DNA from: an uncultured Candidatus Binatia bacterium | GTDB lineage: Bacteria; Desulfobacterota; Binatia; Bin18 | Reading direction: 5' to 3' | Assembly: GCA_965214605.1 (NCBI GenBank) | Contig: OZ243961.1 | Location: forward strand, 1,920,001-1,984,000 | DNA length: 64,000 bases | Shown: one piece after another, positions 40,903 to 50,858 of the stretch | Position numbering within the stretch: the stretch's first letter is position 1 | Layout of the letters: each line of letters starts with the position of its first letter | Notes under the pieces: model-generated | The model's database searches: none | The model's input: only the letters and a program-made list of their open reading frames with translations | Told to the model about the DNA's origin: nothing | Made by a program: the position numbers and the translations under genes

Positions 40903-41060
40903 ATGCCTGCCATCACTTTTGGGACGACCCTGGGATCGTTTGGCGTCGGCCTGGTGTGAGGGCGGGGTTAACCTCGCGGCGCAGGGGCGGAGCCCCTGAT
41001 GAGCAGCACCTCATTTACCCACAGATTCTGCGGAAGACCCTGGATTCTTTTCAGTAGCCC
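40903..41060 (+). pseudogene. Possible 5' remnant of an LLM-class flavin oxidoreductase
   Basis: MPAITFGTTLGSFG then, out of frame, AEDPGFFSV (cf. LLM 'AE.LGF.SVW'); ends at the Fic stop. Confidence 0.4.
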
Positions 41061-41069
41061 ATAGTCGCC

Positions 41070-42203
41070 TCAGCCAGTGCTCCTGATCGTTTCGTCTGAT
41101 TGTGGCTCAACAACTCCCGGTATATCCGTGAGGATATCCATCAACGGCCGATTGACGTAATAGTTGTAACGCCCGATCTTGTGTTTCTCGATGAAGCCCT
41201 TTTCCGTCAGCAGCTCCAGGTATTTGCCTGCGGTCAGGCGCGAGACGCGCAGGTCGGTCCGCACTGATTCGATCTTGGTGTAGGGGTGCCGGAACAGATT
41301 GTTGAGCAGGTCCTGGCTGTAGATCTTCGGCAGCTCCGTGCGGATGCAATGCTCGTAGGCCGTCATGGTTTCCTTGATCCGCTGGATGATCCGGATGGTC
41401 TGGCGCGAGGTGAACTCGACACCTTTCAGCATGTAGAGAAGCCAAGGCTCCCAGTCACCGGTGTCCCGCGTGGCCTGCAACAGGCGGTAGTAGTCCGCCT
41501 TGTGACGGATGACATAGCGGCTGAGATAAAGCACCGGGATATCGAGCAGCCCCTTGGCGACCAGGTAGAGGATATTGATGATGCGCCCGGTACGGCCGTT
41601 GCCGTCATAAAAGGGATGGATGCTCTCGAACTGGTGATGGATCACCGCCATCTTGATCAGGGGGTCGACGTCCCATAGTGCGTCGTCGTTGATGAACTGT
41701 TCCAGATTGTTCATCAGGCGCACGATCTCCCCATGATCCTGCGGCGGGGTGTAGACAGTCTCGTCGGTGCGCTCGTTCTTGAGCGCCGTGCCCGGTAGCT
41801 TGCGGATGCCGGCCTCGTTCTGTTCCAGCACCTGATTGATCTCGACGATCCGATTGGCGGTCAGCAGTCGGTCGCGTTTCACCTGCTCGAAGGCGGTCTT
41901 CAGGGCGGCTGCATACCGGCTGACCTCCTTGGCAGTCGGATTCTTTATGTAATCCGCGAACAGGTCGGTCTTGTAGAGATCATCGTGGGTGGTGATAATG
42001 TTCTCGATCTCGGAGCTGTCCTTGGCCTCCTGTAGAGCGAGGGTGTTGATCAGGATGCGCTCGTTGGGGATGGTAGCCGCCATGCCCTTGAGTTCGCCCA
42101 GATAGCGGTGGGCCGGGGCAAGGCTTTTCAGCACCGAACGGGATTCCAGTTTGGCAGTGGGTGGCAGCAGTGAGATGGTACCCTGGGTCGTCACGATATC
42201 CAC
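41070..42203 (-). CDS. Fic-family AMPylase with N-terminal inhibitory motif and C-terminal HTH
   Basis: HPFYDGNGRTGR catalytic motif; SSEIEN = (S/T)xxxE(G/N); C-terminal VSRLTAGKYLELL HTH-like segment. Confidence 0.93.
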   Translation of the reverse strand: MDIVTTQGTISLLPPTAKLESRSVLKSLAPAHRYLGELKGMAATIPNERILINTLALQEAKDSSEIENIITTHDDLYKTDLFADYIKNPTAKEVSRYAAALKTAFEQVKRDRLLTANRIVEINQVLEQNEAGIRKLPGTALKNERTDETVYTPPQDHGEIVRLMNNLEQFINDDALWDVDPLIKMAVIHHQFESIHPFYDGNGRTGRIINILYLVAKGLLDIPVLYLSRYVIRHKADYYRLLQATRDTGDWEPWLLYMLKGVEFTSRQTIRIIQRIKETMTAYEHCIRTELPKIYSQDLLNNLFRHPYTKIESVRTDLRVSRLTAGKYLELLTEKGFIEKHKIGRYNYYVNRPLMDILTDIPGVVEPQSDETIRSTG

Positions 42204-42213
42204 GTCAGCCCTA

Positions 42214-42245
42214 TGTGTATAGAAAATAGCTATTTTCTATACACA
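42214..42245. promoter_or_regulatory. 32-bp perfect palindrome upstream of fic (putative operator)
   Basis: TGTGTATAGAAAATAG|CTATTTTCTATACACA; related half-sites near 42274-42284 and 42298-42308. Confidence 0.7.
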
Positions 42246-42324
42246 ATTCTCCGTCATGTCAACAAATGTTTGTTTTCTATACATGAGTGGGTCCATATGT
42301 ATAGATTTCTACATATGGCGAGAA

Positions 42325-42570
42325 TGTCGGTATTGTACTTCTGTCCGGCAGCGAGCTGTGAACGAGCCAAACAGGAGACCGTTCACTACTTGTCAACAGA
42401 GTACAACCACACCCTTGATCACCTAGTCGACAAGTACCGTGCGCCGGGCCCGGTCTCCGAGTGTCCGGCGGCCATTGAACGCTATGTCGAAGCTGGAGTG
42501 CGGCACCTCAACCTTATTCCGATTTGCCCTCCGCCGGCGGTTGTGGATCACTTACGCCGGTTCCGCCGAC
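42325..42570 (+). pseudogene. 3' remnant of an LLM-class flavin oxidoreductase
   Basis: ERAKQETVHYLSTEYN..LVDKY..PGPVSEC..AIERYVEAGVRHLNLIP is a typical LLM C-terminus; no matching start. Confidence 0.6.
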
Positions 42571-42694
42571 GGCCCGTTTTCGACCGTCCAAAAACTCATC
42601 AATATCCTCAGCGCTCGACCGCTCCGGTCAAGCCTTTTGTTTCAAGCCGAGACAATGCTATACAGATCGTACTTACGAGAAGGAGGGACGACTT

Positions 42695-43696
42695 ATGGCA
42701 AAAGACTTTACCATCTGCGTGGGAACAGTCGGGGCGGGCGTGTGGTACAGTTCGAACGGTGGGGACAACTGGCGTAGGAGCAAAATGAAACTGCCCTTTG
42801 CCGATGAACCTGGTGAAATCCAAATCCGGGCCTTAGCCGTCTCGCCCCACGACCCGAACCAACTCTATGCCGGCTCTGAGGCTGGCCTCTACCGCAGTGA
42901 GGACCGTGGTGCCAGCTGGACCTATATTGAGTCACCGATGTACGGCAAGCAAATCTGGTCGGTGGCTGTGAGCCCGGACGATCCAAACGAGGTGTGGGCC
43001 GGCACCAAACCGCCGGCTGTGTATCACACCAAAGACGGTGGTCAGACCTGGAAACAGGCTCCGGTCGAGACGGCTCAGGAATGCCTAGCCGGTGCCCCCA
43101 AGATTACCGCCATCATGTTTGATCCTCGGGACTCTAAAACGATTTGGATTGGGGTTGAGATTGACGGCGTATATCGTAGCCAGGACGGCGGTGAGACTTG
43201 GGAGCGTCTGCCGGACTTGGGCGACAGCATCCTCAACCAAGATGTCCACGGCCTGACCATCAGCAATGGGCCGGAGCCAAAGGTTTTGGTTGCGACACCG
43301 GACGGTATTTGGTCCAGTCCTAACGAGGGCAAAAACTGGGATCTGCACGGCTTTCCACGTTTTTACGAAAAAGACAAGATCTCCTACTGTCGCGGTGTTG
43401 CCGTCAAACCCGACGACCCGGATACGATCTTTGTTGGGAACGGTGATTTTGTGCCGGGTAAGATCGGGGCTATCCAGCGTTCAACTGATGGGGGGAGAAC
43501 CTGGAAAGCGGCTGAGGTGTCGGCCACACCGAACTCGACGATCTACTGGTTTGGCACGCATTCGGCCGACCCGAACATCATCGTGGCCAATAGTCTGCAC
43601 GGCTATGTGTATACCAGCACAGACGGTGGCGCCTCGTGGGAAAAGGTCGAGCGTGAATTTGGTGAGATTCGGGCCATCGCTTGGACGCCAAACTAA
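42695..43696 (+). CDS. BNR/Asp-box beta-propeller protein (YCF48/WD40-YVTN-like)
   Basis: Repeated S.DGG.TW Asp-box motifs; AAGGAGG RBS. Confidence 0.88.
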   Translation: MAKDFTICVGTVGAGVWYSSNGGDNWRRSKMKLPFADEPGEIQIRALAVSPHDPNQLYAGSEAGLYRSEDRGASWTYIESPMYGKQIWSVAVSPDDPNEVWAGTKPPAVYHTKDGGQTWKQAPVETAQECLAGAPKITAIMFDPRDSKTIWIGVEIDGVYRSQDGGETWERLPDLGDSILNQDVHGLTISNGPEPKVLVATPDGIWSSPNEGKNWDLHGFPRFYEKDKISYCRGVAVKPDDPDTIFVGNGDFVPGKIGAIQRSTDGGRTWKAAEVSATPNSTIYWFGTHSADPNIIVANSLHGYVYTSTDGGASWEKVEREFGEIRAIAWTPN

Positions 43697-43707
43697 AAAT
43701 CACTCCA

Positions 43708-43733
43708 GAGGCCACGGGAAGCCGCGGCCTCTT
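43708..43733. terminator. Stem-loop after the BNR gene
   Basis: AGAGGCCACGG-GAAG-CCGCGGCCTCT imperfect inverted repeat. Confidence 0.35.
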
Positions 43734-43829
43734 AGGCTTGAGGCGGAAATAAATCAGGATCTTTTGGTTCTCCAACGAAGGAAGATAGCAAGGAGCGGTT
43801 CGTGGAGCCGGGGTCAAGAGGAGGAATAC

Positions 43830-44198
43830 ATGCCCGCAGGACACACATACAGTTTTAACCATCGCCATCTGATCGTTGACGATGTGCCAAAGACCGTCGC
43901 ATTCTACCAGGACGCCCTGGGAGCCACGAAAATCCAGGAGCTGGAGTTTCGCGGGATCCCGATTGTCCGCCTGGAGATGGACGGCCTTCCGCTGACGATC
44001 TCAAAGCAAATCCACGCCGGGGTAGGTGATCATATCGGCCTGGCCGTCGATGATTTTGAGGCGGCAATCGCCGGGCTGCGTGACAGAGGTGTAGAGTTCA
44101 TCGTCGAGCCGACAGATATGGGCTTTGCCAAGTTTGCCTTTATTAAAGACGCGGCCGGCACTACGCTGGAAGTTATCCAGTTTATGGACCAAAACTGA
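43830..44198 (+). CDS. VOC/glyoxalase-family protein
   Basis: FNHRHLIVDD..FYQDALGA, DHIGLAVDD, AFIKDAAGTTLEVI; GAGGAGG RBS. Confidence 0.87.
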   Translation: MPAGHTYSFNHRHLIVDDVPKTVAFYQDALGATKIQELEFRGIPIVRLEMDGLPLTISKQIHAGVGDHIGLAVDDFEAAIAGLRDRGVEFIVEPTDMGFAKFAFIKDAAGTTLEVIQFMDQN

Positions 44199-44215
44199 TC
44201 TAGGGAGAACACACT

Positions 44216-45121
44216 ATGGCAAGCATTCCGCTCAGCGAGGTTGAAATCTTCGGCAGAGGCGCTCTGCAGGTCGAGGATGTGGTGATCGACAAGGACGGCT
44301 TTGTATACGGCGGTGGCCGTAACGGTATCATGTACAAGGTCAGTCCTGACGGACGGGTCAGCGAGTTGGTGAAGCTGCCCGAAGGGTCCATTCCAAACGG
44401 GGTGACCATGGACAGAAATGGTGATCTGATCTATTGCGACCTAGGCAAACAAGCCGTGATGCGGGTAACTCAGGCCGGCCAGGTGTCGATGGTTGCCGAC
44501 CGGGTCGGCGACGTGAAACTGACCCTACCGAACTTTGCGACCTACGACGCCGAGGGCAATCTGTTTGTATCGAACACGAGCACGGCCGATATCAATACCG
44601 TGCTACCCGAGCTGTCAAGCCCGGCGCCCAACGGTGCCCTGGTGTGTATCCGACCGAATGGAAAAAACGAAGTCGTGGCAACCGGCATTTATGCCGCCAA
44701 CGGGACGGCGATCGACCCCCAAGAGGAAGCCGTGTACGTCTTGGAGAGCTCGCGGGACGACTGTTTGCGCATCGCCCTGAAAAAGGACGGCACGTTTGGC
44801 CCAGCCGAGATCTACTCACAAAACTTTCCCTCACTGCCGGACGGCCTGGCCTTCGATACGGATGGGGTGATGTACGTTACCTTGCCCGGCCGAGCCCAGG
44901 ACGGTGCGCTAGCCCTCACTAACCAGATTATCCGAGTCGACACCAACGGCGAGTGGACCCTGATGATCGATGACCCGGAAGGCCAAAAGTTGGTTGCCCC
45001 AACGAACTGCGGCTTTGGCGGGCCGGGGCTGCAAGATCTGTACTTTGCCAACCTTGAGAGCGATCACTTCAGCCGGATACACACCAATGTGAATGGCCAC
45101 CCGCTCTACCATCAGCGCTAA
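44216..45121 (+). CDS. SMP-30/gluconolactonase/strictosidine-synthase-like propeller
   Basis: EDVVID, PNGVTMD, ANGTAID, LPDGLAFD, PTNCGFGG. Confidence 0.88.
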   Translation: MASIPLSEVEIFGRGALQVEDVVIDKDGFVYGGGRNGIMYKVSPDGRVSELVKLPEGSIPNGVTMDRNGDLIYCDLGKQAVMRVTQAGQVSMVADRVGDVKLTLPNFATYDAEGNLFVSNTSTADINTVLPELSSPAPNGALVCIRPNGKNEVVATGIYAANGTAIDPQEEAVYVLESSRDDCLRIALKKDGTFGPAEIYSQNFPSLPDGLAFDTDGVMYVTLPGRAQDGALALTNQIIRVDTNGEWTLMIDDPEGQKLVAPTNCGFGGPGLQDLYFANLESDHFSRIHTNVNGHPLYHQR

Positions 45122-46238
45122 GATTCGACTGTATGCCGTATGTTCCCCCCGCGACAGGAGGGAGCTGGTTCCTGCCGCCTCTCCGTCACAAAGCGCGCTT
45201 CAGCGACACTTGGGGATGACCGCGCCCAGGCCCATCAAGGATCTGACTGTGACGTGGTCAATCAGCCCACCCTGTTTGAAACAGCAGATAAACTCGGTGG
45301 TCTGGAACTCTTCCTAGAGTGCCTTGACCGGATCGCTACAGGAGGCTGGAGCGCCACAGTCCCCCAAATTTTCTCAACCCCCTCATCAGACGTCCGCTCA
45401 ATACGTTCCTAGGAGCTGTTTATGCACCTCATCCCATCGCTCTTAATCATTGCCCTGGCTTAAGGACCTCACCTACCCTCAAAAAGTGCATCAGACGCTC
45501 TTCCCCGGCGCGCCTAGACCCGACTATCTGACACATGGACCGGAAAGGCCGGTCCCTTGTTCTGCTTGACCCCGGTCGATAGCGAGCCACGCGGCATGAC
45601 TAGATAGTCGCACAGCTTGTCGGGTGGCTTTATCAGGAGTGAGACAAAAGATCGGCAGACCCTCTTCCCCAGCCAGCAAAGGCATCCAGAGGCAACAGTA
45701 CGAACCGGCGGATGGGGTTTCCGGACCGGCTTGGGAGTCAGGGGCTGATTTTGGACCTGAGAATACTTGCAGGAGGTCAGCTTATCGCTCGGCCAGTCGT
45801 GATAATTGCATCTAGGTATTCTCCCAACTCTTCTCGTGGGACACGCTGTAGCCGGAGAACTATACCGGCACAGCACCCCAACCGTCCTCGAACCCAAAAA
45901 ACGGCCATCGCTGAGTCCATCGGCCGTGGTCGCGCCCTTGGGGCCATTTTGATCGGTCCACGCAGGGACAGGGTCGTCACCGTGGAGCCAAGCCGAATCC
46001 GCTTCGGGCGCTGAGCTGCGGATGACAGCAGCATCCCCGGGGAAGGGAGACACGAAATACCGAGAATGAAACGGAGTTCCTCCAGCCAGACGGGGTGTCT
46101 AGCCCTAACTCGTCGCCCGGTTCAAGCCGGGCCCAGCATACCTTCAAGCACCTTGGTTCTCCCATTGTGGGTCGGTGCATTGATTAAAAAATCCAAAACG
46201 CACTCTTCTCTGCTGTGTGTTTCAGCGAGTGCACCGTC

Positions 46239-47000
46239 CTAGCTCCGTAACCGTGCATACACATCACCCGAGGTCCCATCCAGCGGGAGGCTTTCAAGCT
46301 GAGCCGCCATGTCACCAGGGCTGAGCCACGAGACTGACTGCAGGCGGTAGGATTCGCCTAGGGCCGCCGGTTTCCAGTTAAACTCATACGCTCCCAAACG
46401 GCATAAGCGCTCAATACAGCCCAGCGCGGTGTCCATGGCAGCCGGAATGTACTCAAAGGAGAGGGCAGGCAGTGGCTGTGACAGACCGCGCAGTACTTCC
46501 AGTTCGTATCCCTCGACGTCAATCTTGCAAAACGCCGGCCTCCCGTACTCGGCGATAAGGCAGTCAAGCGTCGTCACCGACACGGCAACGCTGGTATCCC
46601 AGCGCACCCAGGCGAAAGAGTCGACGCGTTGAACGGTGTCGATCCACTCCTGGGACAGAGTTGTCACCGTCGGGGTACGTTGGCTCACAAACAGCTCCTG
46701 CGCACCAGGGATCGAGCCCACCGCCTGTTCGACCAGGGTGATGGACGGATGATGCCGGTAGCAGCGCTTCAAAAAACGCATACAGGCGGGTTGGGGCTCA
46801 ACCCCGATAATTCGCGCGCCCAGGCGAGACCAGACCCGCATCTGGTTGCCAACATGGGCACCAATGTCAAAACACAGATCACCAGCCTGGATAAACTGGG
46901 TGTAGAAGCGGGCTAACTGGCGGCTGCGAAAGGGAATCATGTAATACATGAGCAGCGAGCGCAGCATACCCAGCTGTCCCGCGCCTAGGCCAAAGCGCAT
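46239..47000 (-). CDS. FkbM-family methyltransferase
   Basis: FDIGAHVG, GVEPQP, TTLD, KIDVEGYELEVLRG. Confidence 0.9.
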   Translation of the reverse strand: MRFGLGAGQLGMLRSLLMYYMIPFRSRQLARFYTQFIQAGDLCFDIGAHVGNQMRVWSRLGARIIGVEPQPACMRFLKRCYRHHPSITLVEQAVGSIPGAQELFVSQRTPTVTTLSQEWIDTVQRVDSFAWVRWDTSVAVSVTTLDCLIAEYGRPAFCKIDVEGYELEVLRGLSQPLPALSFEYIPAAMDTALGCIERLCRLGAYEFNWKPAALGESYRLQSVSWLSPGDMAAQLESLPLDGTSGDVYARLRS

Positions 47001-47089
47001 CCCAATTTCCTCCTAGTTTACTCCTGAGGCATGCCCATATCGGGGTCGTCCCCGGGGACGGCGCCCTCCCCTTGCGCGCCCTGTTCCCG

Positions 47090-47620
47090 AATCCGCTCGG
47101 ACGGCTTACTCGGTTCTGGAACAACCCAAAAATAAAACACCAGGGCTGCCACCAAGAGCACCCGGGTAGGGACCAAAAAGGATGTGTCCAATCCCCGAGC
47201 GCGGCGACCAAAAATCCGGGCCTTCTTGGTCCAAAGATCCCCGCGAAATTCCCCATTCCATTCATCGTGGCGACCGGCTACAGCGTCTGTCCCAGGGGTA
47301 CACCGGACAGGCTTATAGTCAGCACCCGCCCGTATTCATGACATGGAAACCAGCGTGAGGCCAGTACCGTGTGGGACGGAAAACTGACCGCTTCGAACAG
47401 GACAACGCTGAAACGGAGGGCCCACATCAGGCCCAAGGCCAACGCGCCGAGCAGCGTCAACGCAGTAAAAACGGAAAAGCCGATACACAACGCCGCCAAC
47501 ACCCGACCCCTATTCCAGCGGTCGGCCAGCCGGGAATCTGCACTAGGGTGCAGCCACTGAGAACGGCCGAAAAGAGAGGGCCAAAGGGGGCCTTATCCCA
47601 ACCTAGAGCGAGCATCACGA
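47090..47620 (-). pseudogene. Degraded MFS (ACS-family) transporter
   Basis: Fragments across frames: GPLFSA..LVQIPG, FEAVSFPS..LASRWFP..E.GR, MNGMGNFAGIFGP..GFLVAALGDW. Confidence 0.65.
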
Positions 47621-47742
47621 CTGGGCGGCGGAGTTGATCATGCTGCCATGGCTCGCAGGCCAACCGGTCGGTAACGAACGAGCCAGGCCATAGTTTCCCT
47701 TCTTATTGGCTCTCCACGATCTGCTAGGCCAACAACTAGAGC

Positions 47743-47852
47743 CTACGCCAACTCGGCAGGTGCGGTCAAAAGAAAACACCTGGCCGGACCGCACCAGTTG
47801 TGCCCAGGTGAGCGGCTACTCCAACTCGGCAGGTGCGGTCAAAAGAAAACAC
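47743..47852. repeat. 37-bp direct repeat pair with a 36-bp spacer partly complementary to the repeat
   Basis: CTAC[G/T]CCAACTCGGCAGGTGCGGTCAAAAGAAAACAC at 47743-47779 and 47816-47852. Confidence 0.92.
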
Positions 47853-48032
47853 GGCTCCCAGACTACGCCTGAATGTATGCATATAAGTTCGTTATTGGAG
47901 TGAGACTTGCCTGGGACCACACTGGAGAGATGGGAGGCTGATGTAATGCTTGATTCTGGCTCACAGACCCAGTAATAACGGGACTAACACGCTTGCGGCC
48001 GTCTGGAGAGGTCCAGGCAAAAGGAGGAAGCT

Positions 48033-49772
48033 ATGGCAGAGTTTGATGTGGTGATTAAAGAGGGCACGATTATCGACGGAACGAAGGTCCCGCGCTACCG
48101 TGCCGATCTGGGGATCAAGAATGGCAAGGTGGCCAAAATCGGCCGACTGCAAACCAGCGACGCGAGTCGCGTCATTGATGCCAGCGGGCTGATTGTCGCC
48201 CCAGGAGCAATTGATCTGCATACTCACTATGATGCCCAGATCCACTGGGACCCCTACTGCACGATCGGCAGCTGGCACGGGATTACATCGGTGACGCTAG
48301 GCAACTGCGGGTTCGGCTTTGCCCCGCTCCGAGCCAAGGATGCTGAGCGGGCGATGCTGGCATTGTCGCGCAATGAGGCGATTCCGCTCGAACCGATGCA
48401 AGTCTCAATCAAGGTAGACTGGGAGACGTTTCCCCAGTATATGGACCGCCTGGAGCGGCTCCCTCTGGGGGTCAACATCTCCCAGCTGTTTCCAGTTTCG
48501 CCGGCCGTGGCGTATGAGATGGGCGGCTTTGACGAGGCAAAAAAACGCCTGCCGAATGTCCAGGATATGGAGCGCATCCTGAAACACTTCCACGGGGCGA
48601 TGCAGGCCGGAGCGGCCGGCTGGTCGACCCAGCGGCTGGTCTCGCGTGGAGCCCTACAGCGCGACTATGACGGCACGCCAATGATCTCGGACATCCTGCC
48701 TGAGGATTTCTATTTGACCATGGCCCGCGAGCTGGGCAAAAGCGGTGGTGACGGCTTTATCCAAATTACGCAGTCCACGGTTGAGGCCGATCAGTCAGCC
48801 TTTGGCACTAATAGTGATATCGATTTTAGTGCCCAGATGGCCTCGGAGAGTGGCTGTTCGGTGTTATTCAACGCCATTGTGGTCAACGACCGCTTCCCCG
48901 AAGTTCACCAGGCCCAGCTGCAGCGCATTGCCGAGCATAACGCTAAGGGACGCCGGGTGCTAGGACAGGGCCTGACCACCCGCATGCCGGCGCGGCTGAC
49001 TCTGGAAGACTGGAACCTGTTTGACGACAGCGAGGCCTGGCGTAACGCGACGGTCGGCACCGTGGAGGAGCGCAAAGCTAAACTGTCTGACCCGCAAACG
49101 CGCAAGGCTCTCCAGCAGGACTTCGACAGCCCCAAATCGAGCGACTTTCTGTTTGGTGAGCTGCCCAAGTTTATAGCCCGCAAGGTGCGTCGGCCCGACC
49201 TCAAAGACACCTACGAGGGCTTGTCAATCACCCAGATTGCTGAGCGGGAGAATAAACACCCGATCGACGCCATGCTCGACCTGTCGGTGGCCGACGACCT
49301 CAGGACCGAATGGGCCGGGCCAGTTACCGCGGCCAATGTAGAAAACTTTAAGGATCTGATGGAATCACCTTACGTGCTGCCCGGCGTGTCGGACGGCGGG
49401 GCGCACGTCAAGTTTATCACGCCGTCCATCTATCCGACTGAGGTGTTGGCCTGGATGTCACGCGACGCCGGGCTGCTGAGCCTGGAGGAGGCGCACTTTC
49501 GACTGAGCGGGTTGATGGCGTGGGCGTCGTGCATCAAAGATCGGGGAACGCTCCGTGAGGGCCAGGCCGCAGATATCATCATCTACGATCTAGACAAGCT
49601 CAACGCCCTGCCCGACGAGATCGTCCACGATCTGCCGGCTGGCGAGTGGCGGCGGGTGCAGCGGGCTGAGGGTTATCGCTACGTCATGGTCAACGGCGAG
49701 CCGATTTTTGAAGATGGCAACTGCACCGGGGCGATGCCGGGCAAACTGCTGCGCAACGGCCAGGCGGGTTAA
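48033..49772 (+). CDS. N-acyl-D-amino-acid deacylase-like amidohydrolase
   Basis: GTIIDGT, PGAIDLHTHYD, GNCGFGFAP, SDGGAH. Confidence 0.92.
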   Translation: MAEFDVVIKEGTIIDGTKVPRYRADLGIKNGKVAKIGRLQTSDASRVIDASGLIVAPGAIDLHTHYDAQIHWDPYCTIGSWHGITSVTLGNCGFGFAPLRAKDAERAMLALSRNEAIPLEPMQVSIKVDWETFPQYMDRLERLPLGVNISQLFPVSPAVAYEMGGFDEAKKRLPNVQDMERILKHFHGAMQAGAAGWSTQRLVSRGALQRDYDGTPMISDILPEDFYLTMARELGKSGGDGFIQITQSTVEADQSAFGTNSDIDFSAQMASESGCSVLFNAIVVNDRFPEVHQAQLQRIAEHNAKGRRVLGQGLTTRMPARLTLEDWNLFDDSEAWRNATVGTVEERKAKLSDPQTRKALQQDFDSPKSSDFLFGELPKFIARKVRRPDLKDTYEGLSITQIAERENKHPIDAMLDLSVADDLRTEWAGPVTAANVENFKDLMESPYVLPGVSDGGAHVKFITPSIYPTEVLAWMSRDAGLLSLEEAHFRLSGLMAWASCIKDRGTLREGQAADIIIYDLDKLNALPDEIVHDLPAGEWRRVQRAEGYRYVMVNGEPIFEDGNCTGAMPGKLLRNGQAG

Positions 49773-49841
49773 CGAGAAGAGTGCTCAGATTCTCTCCCGT
49801 CCATCCCTAGGGAGATTATGCCTCTGGGGAGGAGGAACGAT

Positions 49842-50810
49842 ATGGACATGACAAGTCGGTTAGATCCAGAACTGGCAGATCCACTGGACGCCTGGCTCAA
49901 GGCCACCGGAGGCGGGATAAAACTACACGACATTCCAGCCGCACGGCGGATGATGGACGAACTGGTAGCGGCGCAAATGGCCAAGGCGCCGCCAATCGAG
50001 GGGATCAACTCCGAGGACCATCAGGCGCCTGGTTCTGAAGGTGGACCCGATGTCTTTGTTCGGGTTTACCAGCCTGACGATCGACCAGCCAGCGTGCCTG
50101 CTCTGCTGTGGATCCACGGCGGCGGCTATGTCCTGGGCAGCGTTGAACGGGACGATTTCTTGGCCAAACACCTGTCCAGAGTTGGGCAGTGCCTGGTGGC
50201 CTCTGTCGAGTATCGGCTGGCTCCCGAGCACCCCTTCCCAGCTCCGGTCGAGGACTGTTACGCTGCCCTTAAGTGGCTGGCAACCCACAGTGAAGACTTC
50301 GGGGTCGATCAGTCACGGATCGCCATCGGCGGAGCGAGCGCGGGTGGAGGCCTAGCGGCTGGCCTAGCCTTGCTGACTCGCGACCGAGCCGAGATTAATC
50401 TCTGCTTTCAGCTGCTGATCTATCCTATGATTGACGACCGCAACATTGCCGCCGCCAGCCAGACACGGCCGGATACCTTGGTGTGGAGCCGGGAGAACAA
50501 CCTGATGGGCTGGCGCGCTTATCTTGGTCATGAACCGGGCGGGCCGGAGGTGTCTCCGTATGCCGCTGCGGCCCGGGCAACCGACCTGAGCGGCTTACCG
50601 CCGGCCTATATTCCGGTCGGCGACCTCGACCTTTTCCTGGATGAGAATGTGACCTACGCGCAACGGCTGCTGGCGGCCGAAGTCCCAACCGAACTGCACG
50701 TCTATCCGGGTGCCTTCCACGGCTTTAACGGTTTTGTGCCCAGCGCTCATATCTCACAACGCTTTAACACCGAGCGCGACAATACCCTCAGGCGTATGCT
50801 CCACCACTAA
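49842..50810 (+). CDS. HSL-family alpha/beta hydrolase (esterase)
   Basis: HGGGY, YRLAPEHPFPA, GASAGG, DLFLDE, GAFHG. Confidence 0.93.
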   Translation: MDMTSRLDPELADPLDAWLKATGGGIKLHDIPAARRMMDELVAAQMAKAPPIEGINSEDHQAPGSEGGPDVFVRVYQPDDRPASVPALLWIHGGGYVLGSVERDDFLAKHLSRVGQCLVASVEYRLAPEHPFPAPVEDCYAALKWLATHSEDFGVDQSRIAIGGASAGGGLAAGLALLTRDRAEINLCFQLLIYPMIDDRNIAAASQTRPDTLVWSRENNLMGWRAYLGHEPGGPEVSPYAAAARATDLSGLPPAYIPVGDLDLFLDENVTYAQRLLAAEVPTELHVYPGAFHGFNGFVPSAHISQRFNTERDNTLRRMLHH

Positions 50811-50821
50811 CTGAGATTATC

Positions 50822-50858
50822 GTCACCCCCTGCCGAGTGAGCGCAGTCAGGGGGTGAC
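50822..50858 (+). terminator. Stem-loop downstream of the esterase
   Basis: GTCACCCCCTG...CAGGGGGTGAC inverted repeat. Confidence 0.45.

Noticed and set aside
45122-46238. Short ORFs between the SMP-30 and FkbM genes
   Set aside because: No coherent motif in any frame that I could assign.
47743-47852. Calling the repeat pair a bona fide CRISPR array
   Set aside because: Only two repeats, a spacer complementary to the repeat, and no cas genes in the window.
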